IMG/VR virus record: IMGVR_UViG_3300046615_000208 | Coordinates: 107,753 to 171,752 of that record | Origin: a virus | Taxonomy: Duplodnaviria > Caudoviricetes | Length of the DNA: 64,000 bases | Strand: one strand, 5' to 3' | In this document: positions 7,836-15,999 of the stretch, one piece after another | Position numbering within the stretch: the stretch's first letter is position 1 | Layout of the letters: every line of letters begins with the position of its first letter | The notes under the pieces: model-generated | What the model was told of the DNA's origin: nothing | The model's database searches: none | The model's input: the letters and a program-made list of their open reading frames with translations, nothing else | Position numbers and translations under genes: made by a program

Positions 7836-7902
7836 GATAAGATTCTAGCAAGAGGTGAGTCACCTCACAATAGGTGTACGGAAGTTAATAGGAGGTTGAC
7901 AA

Positions 7903-8127
7903 ATGGCAAGGCGTCAGGTAGTACACAGCACATGCGACAGGTGCCACAAGGAAGTGACCACTCCGATGACCCCGAACAGACGGGGAGACGAGTTTCAGGT
8001 TCCGGATGGCTGGATACACATCTCGGCCAACGGTAGGAACACTACCCTCTTCGAGATGGACCTGTGCGACGACTGCAAGGGCATCGTAATCGAGGCGGCA
8101 GGACTGGCAGACCGGGTTCACTCCTAG
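7903..8127 (+). CDS. zinc-finger protein CDxC...GW...DLCxxC, paralog 1
   Basis: CDRC, VPDGWIH, DLCDDC; GGAGG RBS. Confidence 0.75.
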   Translation: MARRQVVHSTCDRCHKEVTTPMTPNRRGDEFQVPDGWIHISANGRNTTLFEMDLCDDCKGIVIEAAGLADRVHS

Positions 8128-8133
8128 AGGGAA

Positions 8134-8182
8134 GAAGACCCCCACAAGATAACCGGGGAAGGTTGATTGAGTGGGGGTCTTC
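8134..8182. terminator. long hairpin between the paralogous zinc-finger genes
   Basis: GAAGACCCCCAC / GTGGGGGTCTTC stem with inner AACC/GGTT stem. Confidence 0.55.
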
Positions 8183-8195
8183 CTGTGGGTAAGCT
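8167..8195 (+). promoter_or_regulatory. sigma-A promoter
   Basis: TTGAGT-17-TAAGCT. Confidence 0.55.
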
Positions 8196-8231
8196 TACGC
8201 TGTCACTACCGGGCACGGAAGGGGTTGAGTT

Positions 8232-8456
8232 ATGTACCAGCAGGTGGTACGATATGAATGCGATAGTTGTCACAAGATCGTGGAAGAGCCTATGGCTACC
8301 GGCTTCAAGTGGCGGGGCAGGGTTCCCAAGGACTGGCTACACGTGGATGGCTTCACAAACAGCCATAGTGTGTTTAAGCTAGACCTCTGCGATGAGTGCA
8401 AAAAGGAAGTACTGGAGTTCACCCAGAGCGACCAGAGCAAGAACGTCGAGGAATAG
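8232..8456 (+). CDS. zinc-finger protein, paralog 2
   Basis: CDSC, VPKDWLH, DLCDEC; same length (74 aa) as paralog 1. Confidence 0.75.
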   Translation: MYQQVVRYECDSCHKIVEEPMATGFKWRGRVPKDWLHVDGFTNSHSVFKLDLCDECKKEVLEFTQSDQSKNVEE

Positions 8457-8464
8457 GAGGATAC

Positions 8465-8707
8465 ATGTTTGTTGTAGCACGTGTCAAAGCAGATCGGGTC
8501 CATGAGGTAGAGGCATACCTGTACAACGGCCAGAATATTGTCTCTGAGCCGGTGCTGAATGAGTTCGGTTCGGCCATGGTCATTGTGGAGTCCGCCCACG
8601 GTCTGGCGGGTAAGATGCTGGCTGACAGGCTGGCATCAGGCCTCATGGGAGCGAGTCAGTTCCAGACCCGCGAAGAGGCAGACGCATATATCCAGTCGGA
8701 GATGTGA
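8465..8707 (+). CDS. hypothetical protein
   Basis: AGGAGG RBS before MFVVAR. Confidence 0.7.
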   Translation: MFVVARVKADRVHEVEAYLYNGQNIVSEPVLNEFGSAMVIVESAHGLAGKMLADRLASGLMGASQFQTREEADAYIQSEM

Positions 8708-8748
8708 CGGGTAGGGGCCGGGAAGTCCGACCCCTACCGGTTACCCGA
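8708..8748. terminator. hairpin between convergent operons
   Basis: GGTAGGGG / CCCCTACC inverted repeat. Confidence 0.55.
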
Positions 8749-8768
8749 TGAGACCGTCTCGTATCCGT

Positions 8769-9029
8769 TCATCGCACGTACTTCCTCAGCCTGAAGTGGT
8801 ACCAGCGTACCTTTGACCAGTGTACATGGTACTCCTTTGGGTCTAGGTATTTGTCCTTACCTCCGGTGGTAAACACCGAGACCCACCAGAAGATGCCGCA
8901 GTCATTGCACTCGATGATCGTGCGGTCCTTGTAGCTTGGCATAGTACCGCCTGCATAGTTTTTAGGGCGACACTGGTGTGGCGGGATTGGGTCATCCGGA
9001 ATGTGAACTGTCCTGTAGCGCTCGCTCAT
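8769..9029 (-). CDS. WYH-family microprotein, copy 3
   Basis: HQC...IECNDC...WW...WSKVRWYH; ATGA overlap. Confidence 0.8.
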   Translation of the reverse strand: MSERYRTVHIPDDPIPPHQCRPKNYAGGTMPSYKDRTIIECNDCGIFWWVSVFTTGGKDKYLDPKEYHVHWSKVRWYHFRLRKYVR

Positions 9030-9268
9030 CGGTGCAGGTTCCTTTGCCACTTGAAGTGGTACCACCTGAGCGGAATCCACTTGTTGCTGTAAGAGGCGTC
9101 TTTGTAGGTCATAGCAACCCACTTTTGCGCACATTCCTCACACTCGATGATTGTTTGCCACCAGATTTTGTTGTCATCGTGGCGGTTGCGGGTGAGGTCC
9201 GGGAGATCGCACTTGTGTTCCTTTGCTGCGACTTCTCGCGGGTCATATAGTACTACATACTTAGCCAT
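9026..9268 (-). CDS. WYH-family microprotein, copy 4
   Basis: HKC...IECEEC...W...WIPLRWYH; TAATG overlap. Confidence 0.8.
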   Translation of the reverse strand: MAKYVVLYDPREVAAKEHKCDLPDLTRNRHDDNKIWWQTIIECEECAQKWVAMTYKDASYSNKWIPLRWYHFKWQRNLHR

Positions 9269-9531
9269 TATCTTCCTTTCCTTGTCGCTACGATGAACTG
9301 GAGCCGCATGTGGTACCACTTGAGGGGCTTCCACTCGTTCTTGTGGTCGTAATCTTCTCTGGCCCAGATAATGGCGTACCACTTCTTGGCACACTGTTCG
9401 CATTCGATCACAGCGCGGTACTCAAACTCTCCACCATCGTTCCCACTGATCTTAGGCGGGTCGCACTTGTGCTTTGCTGCCATCTCCGTCTTGGGGTTGT
9501 AGAGTGTCACATAGCTCTTGCTATTTTCCAA
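9268..9531 (-). CDS. WYH-family microprotein, copy 5
   Basis: HKC...IECEQC...WY...WKPLKWYH. Confidence 0.8.
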   Translation of the reverse strand: MENSKSYVTLYNPKTEMAAKHKCDPPKISGNDGGEFEYRAVIECEQCAKKWYAIIWAREDYDHKNEWKPLKWYHMRLQFIVATRKGR

Positions 9532-9760
9532 CGATGGCCTTCCTCATCCTGTAATGGTACCAGCGTACCCGCGTCCAAATTCGTGTGTCATCGATCCACT
9601 TTATCCTCACGTACCAGTGCCTGCCGCAGTCTTTGCAGCACACGATACGGCCCTCTACGGAGTTCCCTGCCCCTCTTCGGCCCTTATCGAAACACCGGTG
9701 CTTGTCGAAGACCTCCTTACGATCTACGACAATCTCAAAGTCATCTAGGGTTCTAGCCAT
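9521..9760 (-). CDS. WYH-family microprotein, copy 6
   Basis: HRC...VCCKDC...WY...WTRVRWYH. Confidence 0.8.
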   Translation of the reverse strand: MARTLDDFEIVVDRKEVFDKHRCFDKGRRGAGNSVEGRIVCCKDCGRHWYVRIKWIDDTRIWTRVRWYHYRMRKAIVGK

Positions 9761-10088
9761 TGGATTCCTCCGCAGCTACAACTGCACGGCCATAGGAAAT
9801 TGCGTTGTTCATGATCTCCATGATATTCGAGAAGTCAACTTCTGTCAACTCACAGAAAAACTCTACAGTGTCGATCCCGCCAGCAGACATAGGCGCACGC
9901 AGAGTCATCGCGAAAAGCTGCATCTCCATCGCCAATCCTGCGGCTCCGTATCCGCCGTCTTCGATGTCAAAGGTCTCGCGCCACAGTGCGGTCTCTCCAC
10001 GCACGAGCGAGCGGGCAATCTCGACAGCCTTCAGGTGTCGATCCCATTGTTCCTGTTCATTCTCCATGTATTTCCCTTCCTTGTTCAT
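9753..10088 (-). CDS. hypothetical protein heading the WYH operon
   Basis: ORF directly after a leaderless promoter. Confidence 0.7.
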   Translation of the reverse strand: MNKEGKYMENEQEQWDRHLKAVEIARSLVRGETALWRETFDIEDGGYGAAGLAMEMQLFAMTLRAPMSAGGIDTVEFFCELTEVDFSNIMEIMNNAISYGRAVVAAEESNG

Positions 10089-10094
10089 AACACA

Positions 10095-10122
10095 AGCCTA
10101 CCCTGACCTAACCAAATGTCAA
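10095..10122 (-). promoter_or_regulatory. sigma-A promoter, leaderless, overlapped by an inverted repeat
   Basis: TTGACA-16-TAGGCT-6 nt-ATG(10088); CTACCCTGA/TCAGGGTAG arms at 10098-10132. Confidence 0.7.
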
Positions 10123-10135
10123 ATCAGGGTAGACG

Positions 10136-10423
10136 CTAACTCTCTCCGCGTTCCAAAGCAATCATCGAGACCGCCATTTTATGCATGTCAAACGAACTTA
10201 CTCCTGCAAAGTCACAGTACCGATCCGCCATGAGGAATGCTGCACCCCAGTATCCGCGCTTCATAGCGTATGCCGTCACGTAAAGCTGGAGGGCAATACC
10301 AGTCACAGACACACCGTCTTCGTCAGATTCCAGATTTTCTTCTTTCAGAATCTCCTGTATGTCCTTCAGCACTGCCGCACACGCCTTCTGCCTTGCCAGC
10401 AGTTCTTCTCCCGACTCACTCAT
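10136..10423 (-). CDS. hypothetical protein
   Basis: ORF, ATGA overlap. Confidence 0.65.
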   Translation of the reverse strand: MSESGEELLARQKACAAVLKDIQEILKEENLESDEDGVSVTGIALQLYVTAYAMKRGYWGAAFLMADRYCDFAGVSSFDMHKMAVSMIALERGES

Positions 10424-10743
10424 TGTCTACCCACTCGCTCGTTGTTATTGCCCGACTCTGTCTCTTCCTCGGCCACAGGCGTAAACTTCTTCGCCCGTTC
10501 GATCTCGAACTCGCGCAGAGTCATCTTGGTCTCAACCAAGTGAATCTTCCCACTGCGTAGCGTGATCTTCAGTCCTCGGTCGTAAGGGTGAGGGCCAGCA
10601 TTCATGTAAATCTGGGGACGACGATCAAACCGCGTCACAGATTCAATCTCATCTACATTCAAGAGTACATTGTTTTCCTCCGAACTCACGCTCTCCAGAA
10701 GGACCATCCGGTCTGCTGGTAGTTTAATGTCCGGCGTACTCAT
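10420..10743 (-). CDS. hypothetical protein
   Basis: AAGGAG RBS before MSTPDIK; LLNVDEIESV motif. Confidence 0.65.
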   Translation of the reverse strand: MSTPDIKLPADRMVLLESVSSEENNVLLNVDEIESVTRFDRRPQIYMNAGPHPYDRGLKITLRSGKIHLVETKMTLREFEIERAKKFTPVAEEETESGNNNERVGRQ

Positions 10744-10876
10744 CAGGCTCCTTGTGCCATGAGGTCCGCTCGGAACCCAATACCTCCAGAATCGCCGCCC
10801 GACGATAGTCAAACGAACTCCAGAACCCCGGATGCATCAGTTCCTCGATCTTGGCAAGCTTCTCTTCTGCCGTCAT
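10724..10876 (-). CDS. small hypothetical protein
   Basis: MTAEEKL start overlaps the upstream stop. Confidence 0.5.
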   Translation of the reverse strand: MTAEEKLAKIEELMHPGFWSSFDYRRAAILEVLGSERTSWHKEPDEYAGH

Positions 10877-11271
10877 TTTGTCCTTGCCCTTTCCCTTGCC
10901 GCCAGTATCCAACGTGCCGCTGTATACCGGGATTCCTTTTGTAGTTTAGCTGCCAGATGACTGGGCGGTTTGGGGTCCTCATATTTCCGTCGATCCCAGC
11001 CGAACTTGATCTCTAGACGCTTATACAGAGGTGCCCAAGCCCATCCGGCCCATGCAATGTTGTCATGGGTAGAGTACCATTTACGGGCGCACTCCGGGCA
11101 AACAAAGGTTGAACCAAACGGAGTGTACGACCTTGGTGTGGGGCAGTCGCACCCCCATTCCTCGTCGCGCAGTGTCTCCCGTCTAAAGTACCACAGGTCG
11201 TAGAAAAAAGCAACCGCCTGTAGAATACTAAGACCTACAAAGCCCCAGAGTGCTAGGTTTGCGATGACCAT
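10873..11271 (-). CDS. membrane-anchored Zn-binding protein, likely divergent WYH relative
   Basis: N-terminal hydrophobic helix, then CDC..P...FVCPECARKWY...WAPL. Confidence 0.65.
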   Translation of the reverse strand: MVIANLALWGFVGLSILQAVAFFYDLWYFRRETLRDEEWGCDCPTPRSYTPFGSTFVCPECARKWYSTHDNIAWAGWAWAPLYKRLEIKFGWDRRKYEDPKPPSHLAAKLQKESRYTAARWILAARERARTK

Positions 11272-11364
11272 TCCTTCTCCTTCCACATGTCGTCAAGCAG
11301 TTCGCAGTCTGCGGTGCTAGCTCTCCCGTAGAAGTCAAAGAACTCCCCCGAATAAATTAGTTCT

Positions 11365-11562
11365 TCAGTCTTCCAGTCCGTGGACAATGATGTATTCCCA
11401 TTCTGCTAGGCTAATATCTGAATCTTTGAAAAGCTCTTCTTCCTCGATGGAAGTCAGCCGGAATTCATCCCAGTCCTGCGAGCAAATGGCGCACAGGTCA
11501 TACAGTCCATCCGAATATCCGGGATCAGCAGGTCCGCCACACTTACAGCACTCTAGGTCCAC
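11365..11562 (-). CDS. small zinc-finger protein
   Basis: CCKC...LCAIC. Confidence 0.6.
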   Translation of the reverse strand: MDLECCKCGGPADPGYSDGLYDLCAICSQDWDEFRLTSIEEEELFKDSDISLAEWEYIIVHGLED

Positions 11563-12033
11563 TTAGAAATCCACTGGAAAAATCGCCGTAACCTTCAACT
11601 GCACGCCAAATCGCAGGCCATCCGGAGTCTCACCGTAGATTTCTACCGTGTCATCTTCTGTAATCTCCGACTCATCGAACTCAAAGTCCGAGAATCCTCC
11701 GAGGAAGTCCAGTTCTTTGAGGATTGTACGGGCATCAGGGAGCTTACGGTCCCGAAGCTGCTGCGGGGTCTTCACTAGGCGGACATTGTCCTTGCGTGCT
11801 GCAACCCAGCTATCCTGAGTGGTGTACCCGGAATAGACCTCGGAGTAATACTCCGGATCGTCGTTGAACGGGGCGTAATCATCCACGATGAACTTCTGAC
11901 CGCTATAAACCCGGTCTCCGCTGTCCTCCAAGGCCTCTGACTCGATGACCTCAACCAGTGAGCCAATAGGGATGATGTTTTCTTTAGTCATTTCTTTGCC
12001 CTTCCTGTTAGAATGAACCAAAAGGTCACCCAT
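11563..12033 (-). CDS. hypothetical protein
   Basis: ORF in minus-strand run; start may be 11991. Confidence 0.7.
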   Translation of the reverse strand: MGDLLVHSNRKGKEMTKENIIPIGSLVEVIESEALEDSGDRVYSGQKFIVDDYAPFNDDPEYYSEVYSGYTTQDSWVAARKDNVRLVKTPQQLRDRKLPDARTILKELDFLGGFSDFEFDESEITEDDTVEIYGETPDGLRFGVQLKVTAIFPVDF

Positions 12034-12049
12034 TTATCCTTTTTTCTTC

Positions 12050-12319
12050 TCAATTTTTCCCAACCAATGCCTCGATTGGGATGTCGATGCCGCTTTTTGT
12101 GGCTTCAATCATCAGGTCGCGAAGCTCTGTGTTCTGTTTTTGAAGCTTCGCGGCTCTGGCAGTCGCATATTCAAGCTCCGAAATGGCAGTAGCAAGGATC
12201 GAGTCGTCAGACTGCTTCAGCTTCTCCATCGTTTCGATCTGATCCACTAATGCTCGGATGAGGTCTCCATCACTGCTGAATTCAGCCCTGACACGTGCCT
12301 CATGTAGGTTTACTGCCAT
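12050..12319 (-). CDS. coiled-coil hypothetical protein
   Basis: ORF with GAAAGG RBS. Confidence 0.7.
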   Translation of the reverse strand: MAVNLHEARVRAEFSSDGDLIRALVDQIETMEKLKQSDDSILATAISELEYATARAAKLQKQNTELRDLMIEATKSGIDIPIEALVGKN

Positions 12320-12387
12320 TTTGTAGCCTTTCTTTACTTATATTTCGTCTTTATCCCACGTTGGAATGCTCGCCTAGAACGATCCTA

Positions 12388-12669
12388 TCACTTTTCCTCC
12401 GGTTCGTCAACCCCCCGAGCCGAAAGTAGCTCAGAAGTCCACTTGATCTGGCTTTCAACGTATGCAACCTGACCTCTCAGATGCTCAATACCATGGTTCA
12501 GGCCGTGGATGTACCCCGACTGGTATGGGTCCTCTGTCTGGACATCCTTTAGAATGGCCTCGTGGTGCTCTTCAAGCTGGAGAATCCAGAGTCTAAGATG
12601 GTTGAGAACACTGGAACTCGCTGAATGCGACATTCGTAGGTATTCCTGTACCTTTTTGTCATCTGTCAT
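12388..12669 (-). CDS. hypothetical protein
   Basis: ORF, ATGA overlap. Confidence 0.7.
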   Translation of the reverse strand: MTDDKKVQEYLRMSHSASSSVLNHLRLWILQLEEHHEAILKDVQTEDPYQSGYIHGLNHGIEHLRGQVAYVESQIKWTSELLSARGVDEPEEK

Positions 12670-13199
12670 TTCTTGTGTTCCATTCCTGCTCGGTACCCTC
12701 TGCTAAAGGCAGCGGAGTACTCGTCTATGTTTTCATCGAGACCGGCATTGTTCAGGTACGAACTTTCGGCTAACCCCCGGATGTGTTTAGTCAAAGCAGC
12801 TTCCGCAGCAGCAAGCTCCCGGTCCACCTTCTCGATGTTAGCAGCAAGCTCGCCCTTCTTCCATGGAAGCTCGACATCGCCTCTCTTAATAGTATACAGC
12901 AGCGACCAAGCACCGTCAACCAACTCGTAGATTTCCATCTCACAGCCGGTGTGCTTGAAGTCGTAGTCCCGCTCATCAAATCCGGTAACGTACTTTCCCC
13001 ATCCCATCCCGCCGTGTCCCTCGTGGTACAGGTCTTCGCCCTTATACCCGATGAAGTAGTTGTTCACGGCGCTCTTGGCATGGTTCACCTGTTTGTGGAT
13101 TTTGTCCATAGGGTGCCGAGATGGTATCCTGCTTAGAAACTGCTTGGTTGCAGCAATCGGCAGAGGCTTGGGATAGAGATCGCTCTCACTCATTGTCAT
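12666..13199 (-). CDS. hypothetical protein
   Basis: ORF, GGAAGG RBS. Confidence 0.7.
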   Translation of the reverse strand: MTMSESDLYPKPLPIAATKQFLSRIPSRHPMDKIHKQVNHAKSAVNNYFIGYKGEDLYHEGHGGMGWGKYVTGFDERDYDFKHTGCEMEIYELVDGAWSLLYTIKRGDVELPWKKGELAANIEKVDRELAAAEAALTKHIRGLAESSYLNNAGLDENIDEYSAAFSRGYRAGMEHKK

Positions 13200-13497
13200 T
13201 GTCTTCCTTCCAGAGGTCATCCAGACGCGCAGAAACCAAAAGAGCTTTGGCCGCGTCGTAGTCCATCATTGTCTTTTCCATTACAGACTCTACCATAGAA
13301 TCGGTGATTTCCGCAATCGCCTCTGCTTCCATCTGCTTCTGCATATCGAGGATAACATCGAAGTTGGTGGACTCGATGACTCGGGCCATTGCGTCGATCT
13401 GCACAGCCAACAGACCCATACCCTTGCCTACCCGCCGAAGGGCCTTGTGGTGTTTACGGGATTCAGCACTGATTGTGCTATGATTGGTGTTATTCAT
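13186..13497 (-). CDS. hypothetical protein (leaderless)
   Basis: MNNTNHS start lies 6 nt after a -10 box. Confidence 0.7.
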   Translation of the reverse strand: MNNTNHSTISAESRKHHKALRRVGKGMGLLAVQIDAMARVIESTNFDVILDMQKQMEAEAIAEITDSMVESVMEKTMMDYDAAKALLVSARLDDLWKEDNDNE

Positions 13498-13503
13498 CCG
13501 TCC

Positions 13504-13579
13504 ATCGTACCTACGCAGGCCCTGTTTGTCAACAGGAGGTGTGCATGCGTTTGCAATCGGCGGCAGAATCTGGTAGGAT
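13504..13579. promoter_or_regulatory. back-to-back divergent leaderless promoters
   Basis: Minus: TTGACA-17-TACGAT-6-ATG(13497); plus: TTGCAA-17-TAGGAT-7-ATG(13587). Confidence 0.75.
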
Positions 13580-13586
13580 AGAGGGC

Positions 13587-13985
13587 ATGTGGAAAAAGAA
13601 GACAACACGTAAGTGGGACGAGACAATCGTACCCGACAATTTCTCTGTGGTACGTGTCGAAGAGTACGCCGATGATGGGCGGTCCTATGGTTCGCACATA
13701 GAGCCACCTCTGTCCTCCTTTGAGGGTGCGAATGATCTTGACCGGCTCCGCTGGAATGCAGCGGTAGTGAGTCATGATTCTGGTATCAAAGTCAAAGTAG
13801 GCCCTGCAAAAGAGTGGGTCAACGGTAAATCGGTTACAGGTGTCTATGACATCTATACCAAGAATAGTACACTGGGCGCAGGAGATTTTAATTCCTCGTG
13901 GAGTGTGCTTATAGGCATCTCGTTAGGCGCTGACGCTGCTAGAGAAGAACTTCAAGGACAGGAATCAAATGGCTATCAGCCCTAA
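13587..13985 (+). CDS. hypothetical protein (leaderless)
   Basis: MWKKKTT start fixed by the promoter. Confidence 0.7.
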   Translation: MWKKKTTRKWDETIVPDNFSVVRVEEYADDGRSYGSHIEPPLSSFEGANDLDRLRWNAAVVSHDSGIKVKVGPAKEWVNGKSVTGVYDIYTKNSTLGAGDFNSSWSVLIGISLGADAAREELQGQESNGYQP

Positions 13986-14154
13986 GCAATTCGTAGCAAC
14001 AACCGAGTTTCACCAGAAGAACCTCAATGCTCTACTGGAACAGTACATCGACCTGCCAGAAGCCCCCGGTATTCTTGCAGCAATGCTCTACCTCCAGCGC
14101 TCTATTCAGGCCGCAAAGACGGCAGACTCCGAAATAGAAAAGGACAAAAAGTGA
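13969..14154 (+). CDS. hypothetical protein
   Basis: ORF coupled to neighbours. Confidence 0.6.
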   Translation: MAISPKQFVATTEFHQKNLNALLEQYIDLPEAPGILAAMLYLQRSIQAAKTADSEIEKDKK

Positions 14155-14471
14155 AGAACCTCATTACAAACGCGCAGGCCGGATTCGACTCCCTCTCCGA
14201 TGTGGACAAAGAGGCCCTACAGGTGGCCGCACGTCTTCTCGGGCAGTCCCTCCTGTTCTCCCTCACGAAGGTCACCATCGTGCACGTCATGGGCCGTAAA
14301 ATCGCGCCTAACGTCTTCAAAAACTGGGGACGTACATTCGCCGTGGTTTCTCTCATTGAGGCCGCTACGGGCCGCTACAAGGTCTCTGAAGAGGACAAGA
14401 AGACCGTCGCCAACATCAAGGAACGTCAGGCAGAGCAGAAGCTTGCCGAAATCCGGAAGTTCGGCGCATGA
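14151..14471 (+). CDS. hypothetical protein
   Basis: ORF, AAGGA RBS, GTGA overlap. Confidence 0.7.
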   Translation: MKNLITNAQAGFDSLSDVDKEALQVAARLLGQSLLFSLTKVTIVHVMGRKIAPNVFKNWGRTFAVVSLIEAATGRYKVSEEDKKTVANIKERQAEQKLAEIRKFGA

Positions 14472-14683
14472 GTGCCCTTCCGGTCCTGAAATCCTCTGCC
14501 GACTGGCAAGAGATGGTGCAGGACAGGTACATCGTACGAGACCCGGATGGCTGGGACCGGGCAAACTTTAGTATGTCGTGGGCAGAACTAATCACCTTCG
14601 AAGAGTTCGAGGAACGCGCCCACATGTCTACTATCCAGTTTACCCCCGAGTACATGCAAAAGCTACTCGAAGCACAAAAATAA
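14468..14683 (+). CDS. hypothetical protein
   Basis: DPDGWDR...ITFEEF..R motif; ATGA overlap. Confidence 0.7.
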   Translation: MSALPVLKSSADWQEMVQDRYIVRDPDGWDRANFSMSWAELITFEEFEERAHMSTIQFTPEYMQKLLEAQK

Positions 14684-14751
14684 CCCTTTACCTAGACTAT
14701 TCACATATTCGCGTGATAGAATAGAAAAACCCTATCAAAGGATGCAACAAA

Positions 14752-15012
14752 ATGGCTACACCTACAGAAATCGCTAACCTTATCGCACAGGCATGGGAGC
14801 TTGACCCGGAGGAAAACTTCTTCGAGTTCCTGTACGACGTGCTCCAAACAAACCAGACCCTGTTCGCACTGGGTGAAGTGACCAATGACCAGCTTCAGCA
14901 GACGCTGAACGCGTACATCGCGGCTGGGGGGAACACAGATGACGGGGATACAAGCAGCGACTCTACAGGAGATTCGGGAAATCCGGAAGGGGATTCTACT
15001 AGCACACCATGA
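14752..15012 (+). CDS. hypothetical protein
   Basis: AAGGA RBS; TGA-TAGAAT extended -10 upstream. Confidence 0.65.
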   Translation: MATPTEIANLIAQAWELDPEENFFEFLYDVLQTNQTLFALGEVTNDQLQQTLNAYIAAGGNTDDGDTSSDSTGDSGNPEGDSTSTP

Positions 15013-15181
15013 CCACATGGTAGAATCCTTCAAGGCGAAGCACGAGAACGAACCCTACGAGTTTATCCACGGCTGGCTCGAAATACAGGAGCATGCGGAA
15101 AAACTTATCACAGGTGGAGAAGTTCTCTCGGGCTTGACAATGAAGGCGTACTGGCGTACAAAGGATGCACTGAAGGGCTAA
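14939..15181 (+). CDS. hypothetical protein
   Basis: ORF overlapping the previous gene by 74 nt. Confidence 0.6.
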   Translation: MTGIQAATLQEIREIRKGILLAHHDHMVESFKAKHENEPYEFIHGWLEIQEHAEKLITGGEVLSGLTMKAYWRTKDALKG

Positions 15182-15205
15182 GACTAGCCCACCTACTACC
15201 AAGAA

Positions 15206-15463
15206 ATGACAAAGTTGCCTAAGAAGCAAAAGAAGTACATTGATATCCGTCTCCATCTCTCTTCAGAGATTGAAGACTTCGGCCCCGACGACACCTACGA
15301 ACACTTCGAGATTGATGGCGTAGAGCGTATCAAGATCAAGGGTATCGAAGAGGACCAGCTTGACAACCTTGCAGAGACAGTGGCGCAGAGTGACCACTAC
15401 CAGATTTATCTGTTTGGTGCCGTAACCACGGCCCTCGATACGGAGGGCGTCCATGAGCTTTGA
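15206..15463 (+). CDS. hypothetical protein
   Basis: ORF in plus-strand run. Confidence 0.65.
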   Translation: MTKLPKKQKKYIDIRLHLSSEIEDFGPDDTYEHFEIDGVERIKIKGIEEDQLDNLAETVAQSDHYQIYLFGAVTTALDTEGVHEL

Positions 15464-15905
15464 GATCGTGAAGGGTGATCTTTTCCACCCTGTCTTCGAG
15501 TTTGACGGCATCTGTCAGGGAGTGAATACTCTGGGTGTAATGGGTGCAGGGATCGCTGTACCGTTCCGTGAGACGTGGCCTTCGATGTATAATGAGTACA
15601 GGCGTAACTGTAAGAGGTTCGGTGCGTCCCTAGCAGGGTCACTCCATACGTGGTACGACCGGGAATCTGACCTCGTCATTTTCAACCTGTTCTCGCAGAT
15701 CGAACCGGGCCGAAATGGTGACTACATTCTGCTCCGCAGGGCTGCTGTACAGCTTGTCCTCGAAGCCGAATCGCGAAACCACGCACGTGTCGGACTGCCG
15801 TGGATTGGTTGCGGTATTGCTGGTCTTGCCAAGCACAATGTGGAAGAGATTCTACATGAAGTGTTTGACGACTCTCCGGTGCATTTTGTACTAGTGGAGC
15901 AGTAG
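15453..15905 (+). CDS. macrodomain protein (Poa1p/DarG-like ADP-ribose hydrolase)
   Basis: KGDLF, VNTLGVMGAGIA, IFNLFSQ, LPWIGCGIAGL. Confidence 0.9.
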   Translation: MSFEIVKGDLFHPVFEFDGICQGVNTLGVMGAGIAVPFRETWPSMYNEYRRNCKRFGASLAGSLHTWYDRESDLVIFNLFSQIEPGRNGDYILLRRAAVQLVLEAESRNHARVGLPWIGCGIAGLAKHNVEEILHEVFDDSPVHFVLVEQ

Positions 15906-15965
15906 TCTGACATTTCTCAAGATTCTGTCGAGTAATCACATTACTTATTAACTTCATGTTAACCT

Positions 15966-15999
15966 CAGAAGCCGGTACCTAAGCAGGTACCGGCCTCTG
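15966..15999 (+). terminator. hairpin terminator
   Basis: GCCGGTACCT / AGGTACCGGC stem. Confidence 0.65.

Noticed and set aside
14939-15012. 74-nt same-strand gene overlap as a programmed recoding event
   Set aside because: Both ORFs have plausible starts; the overlap looks like a low-complexity stop-codon extension
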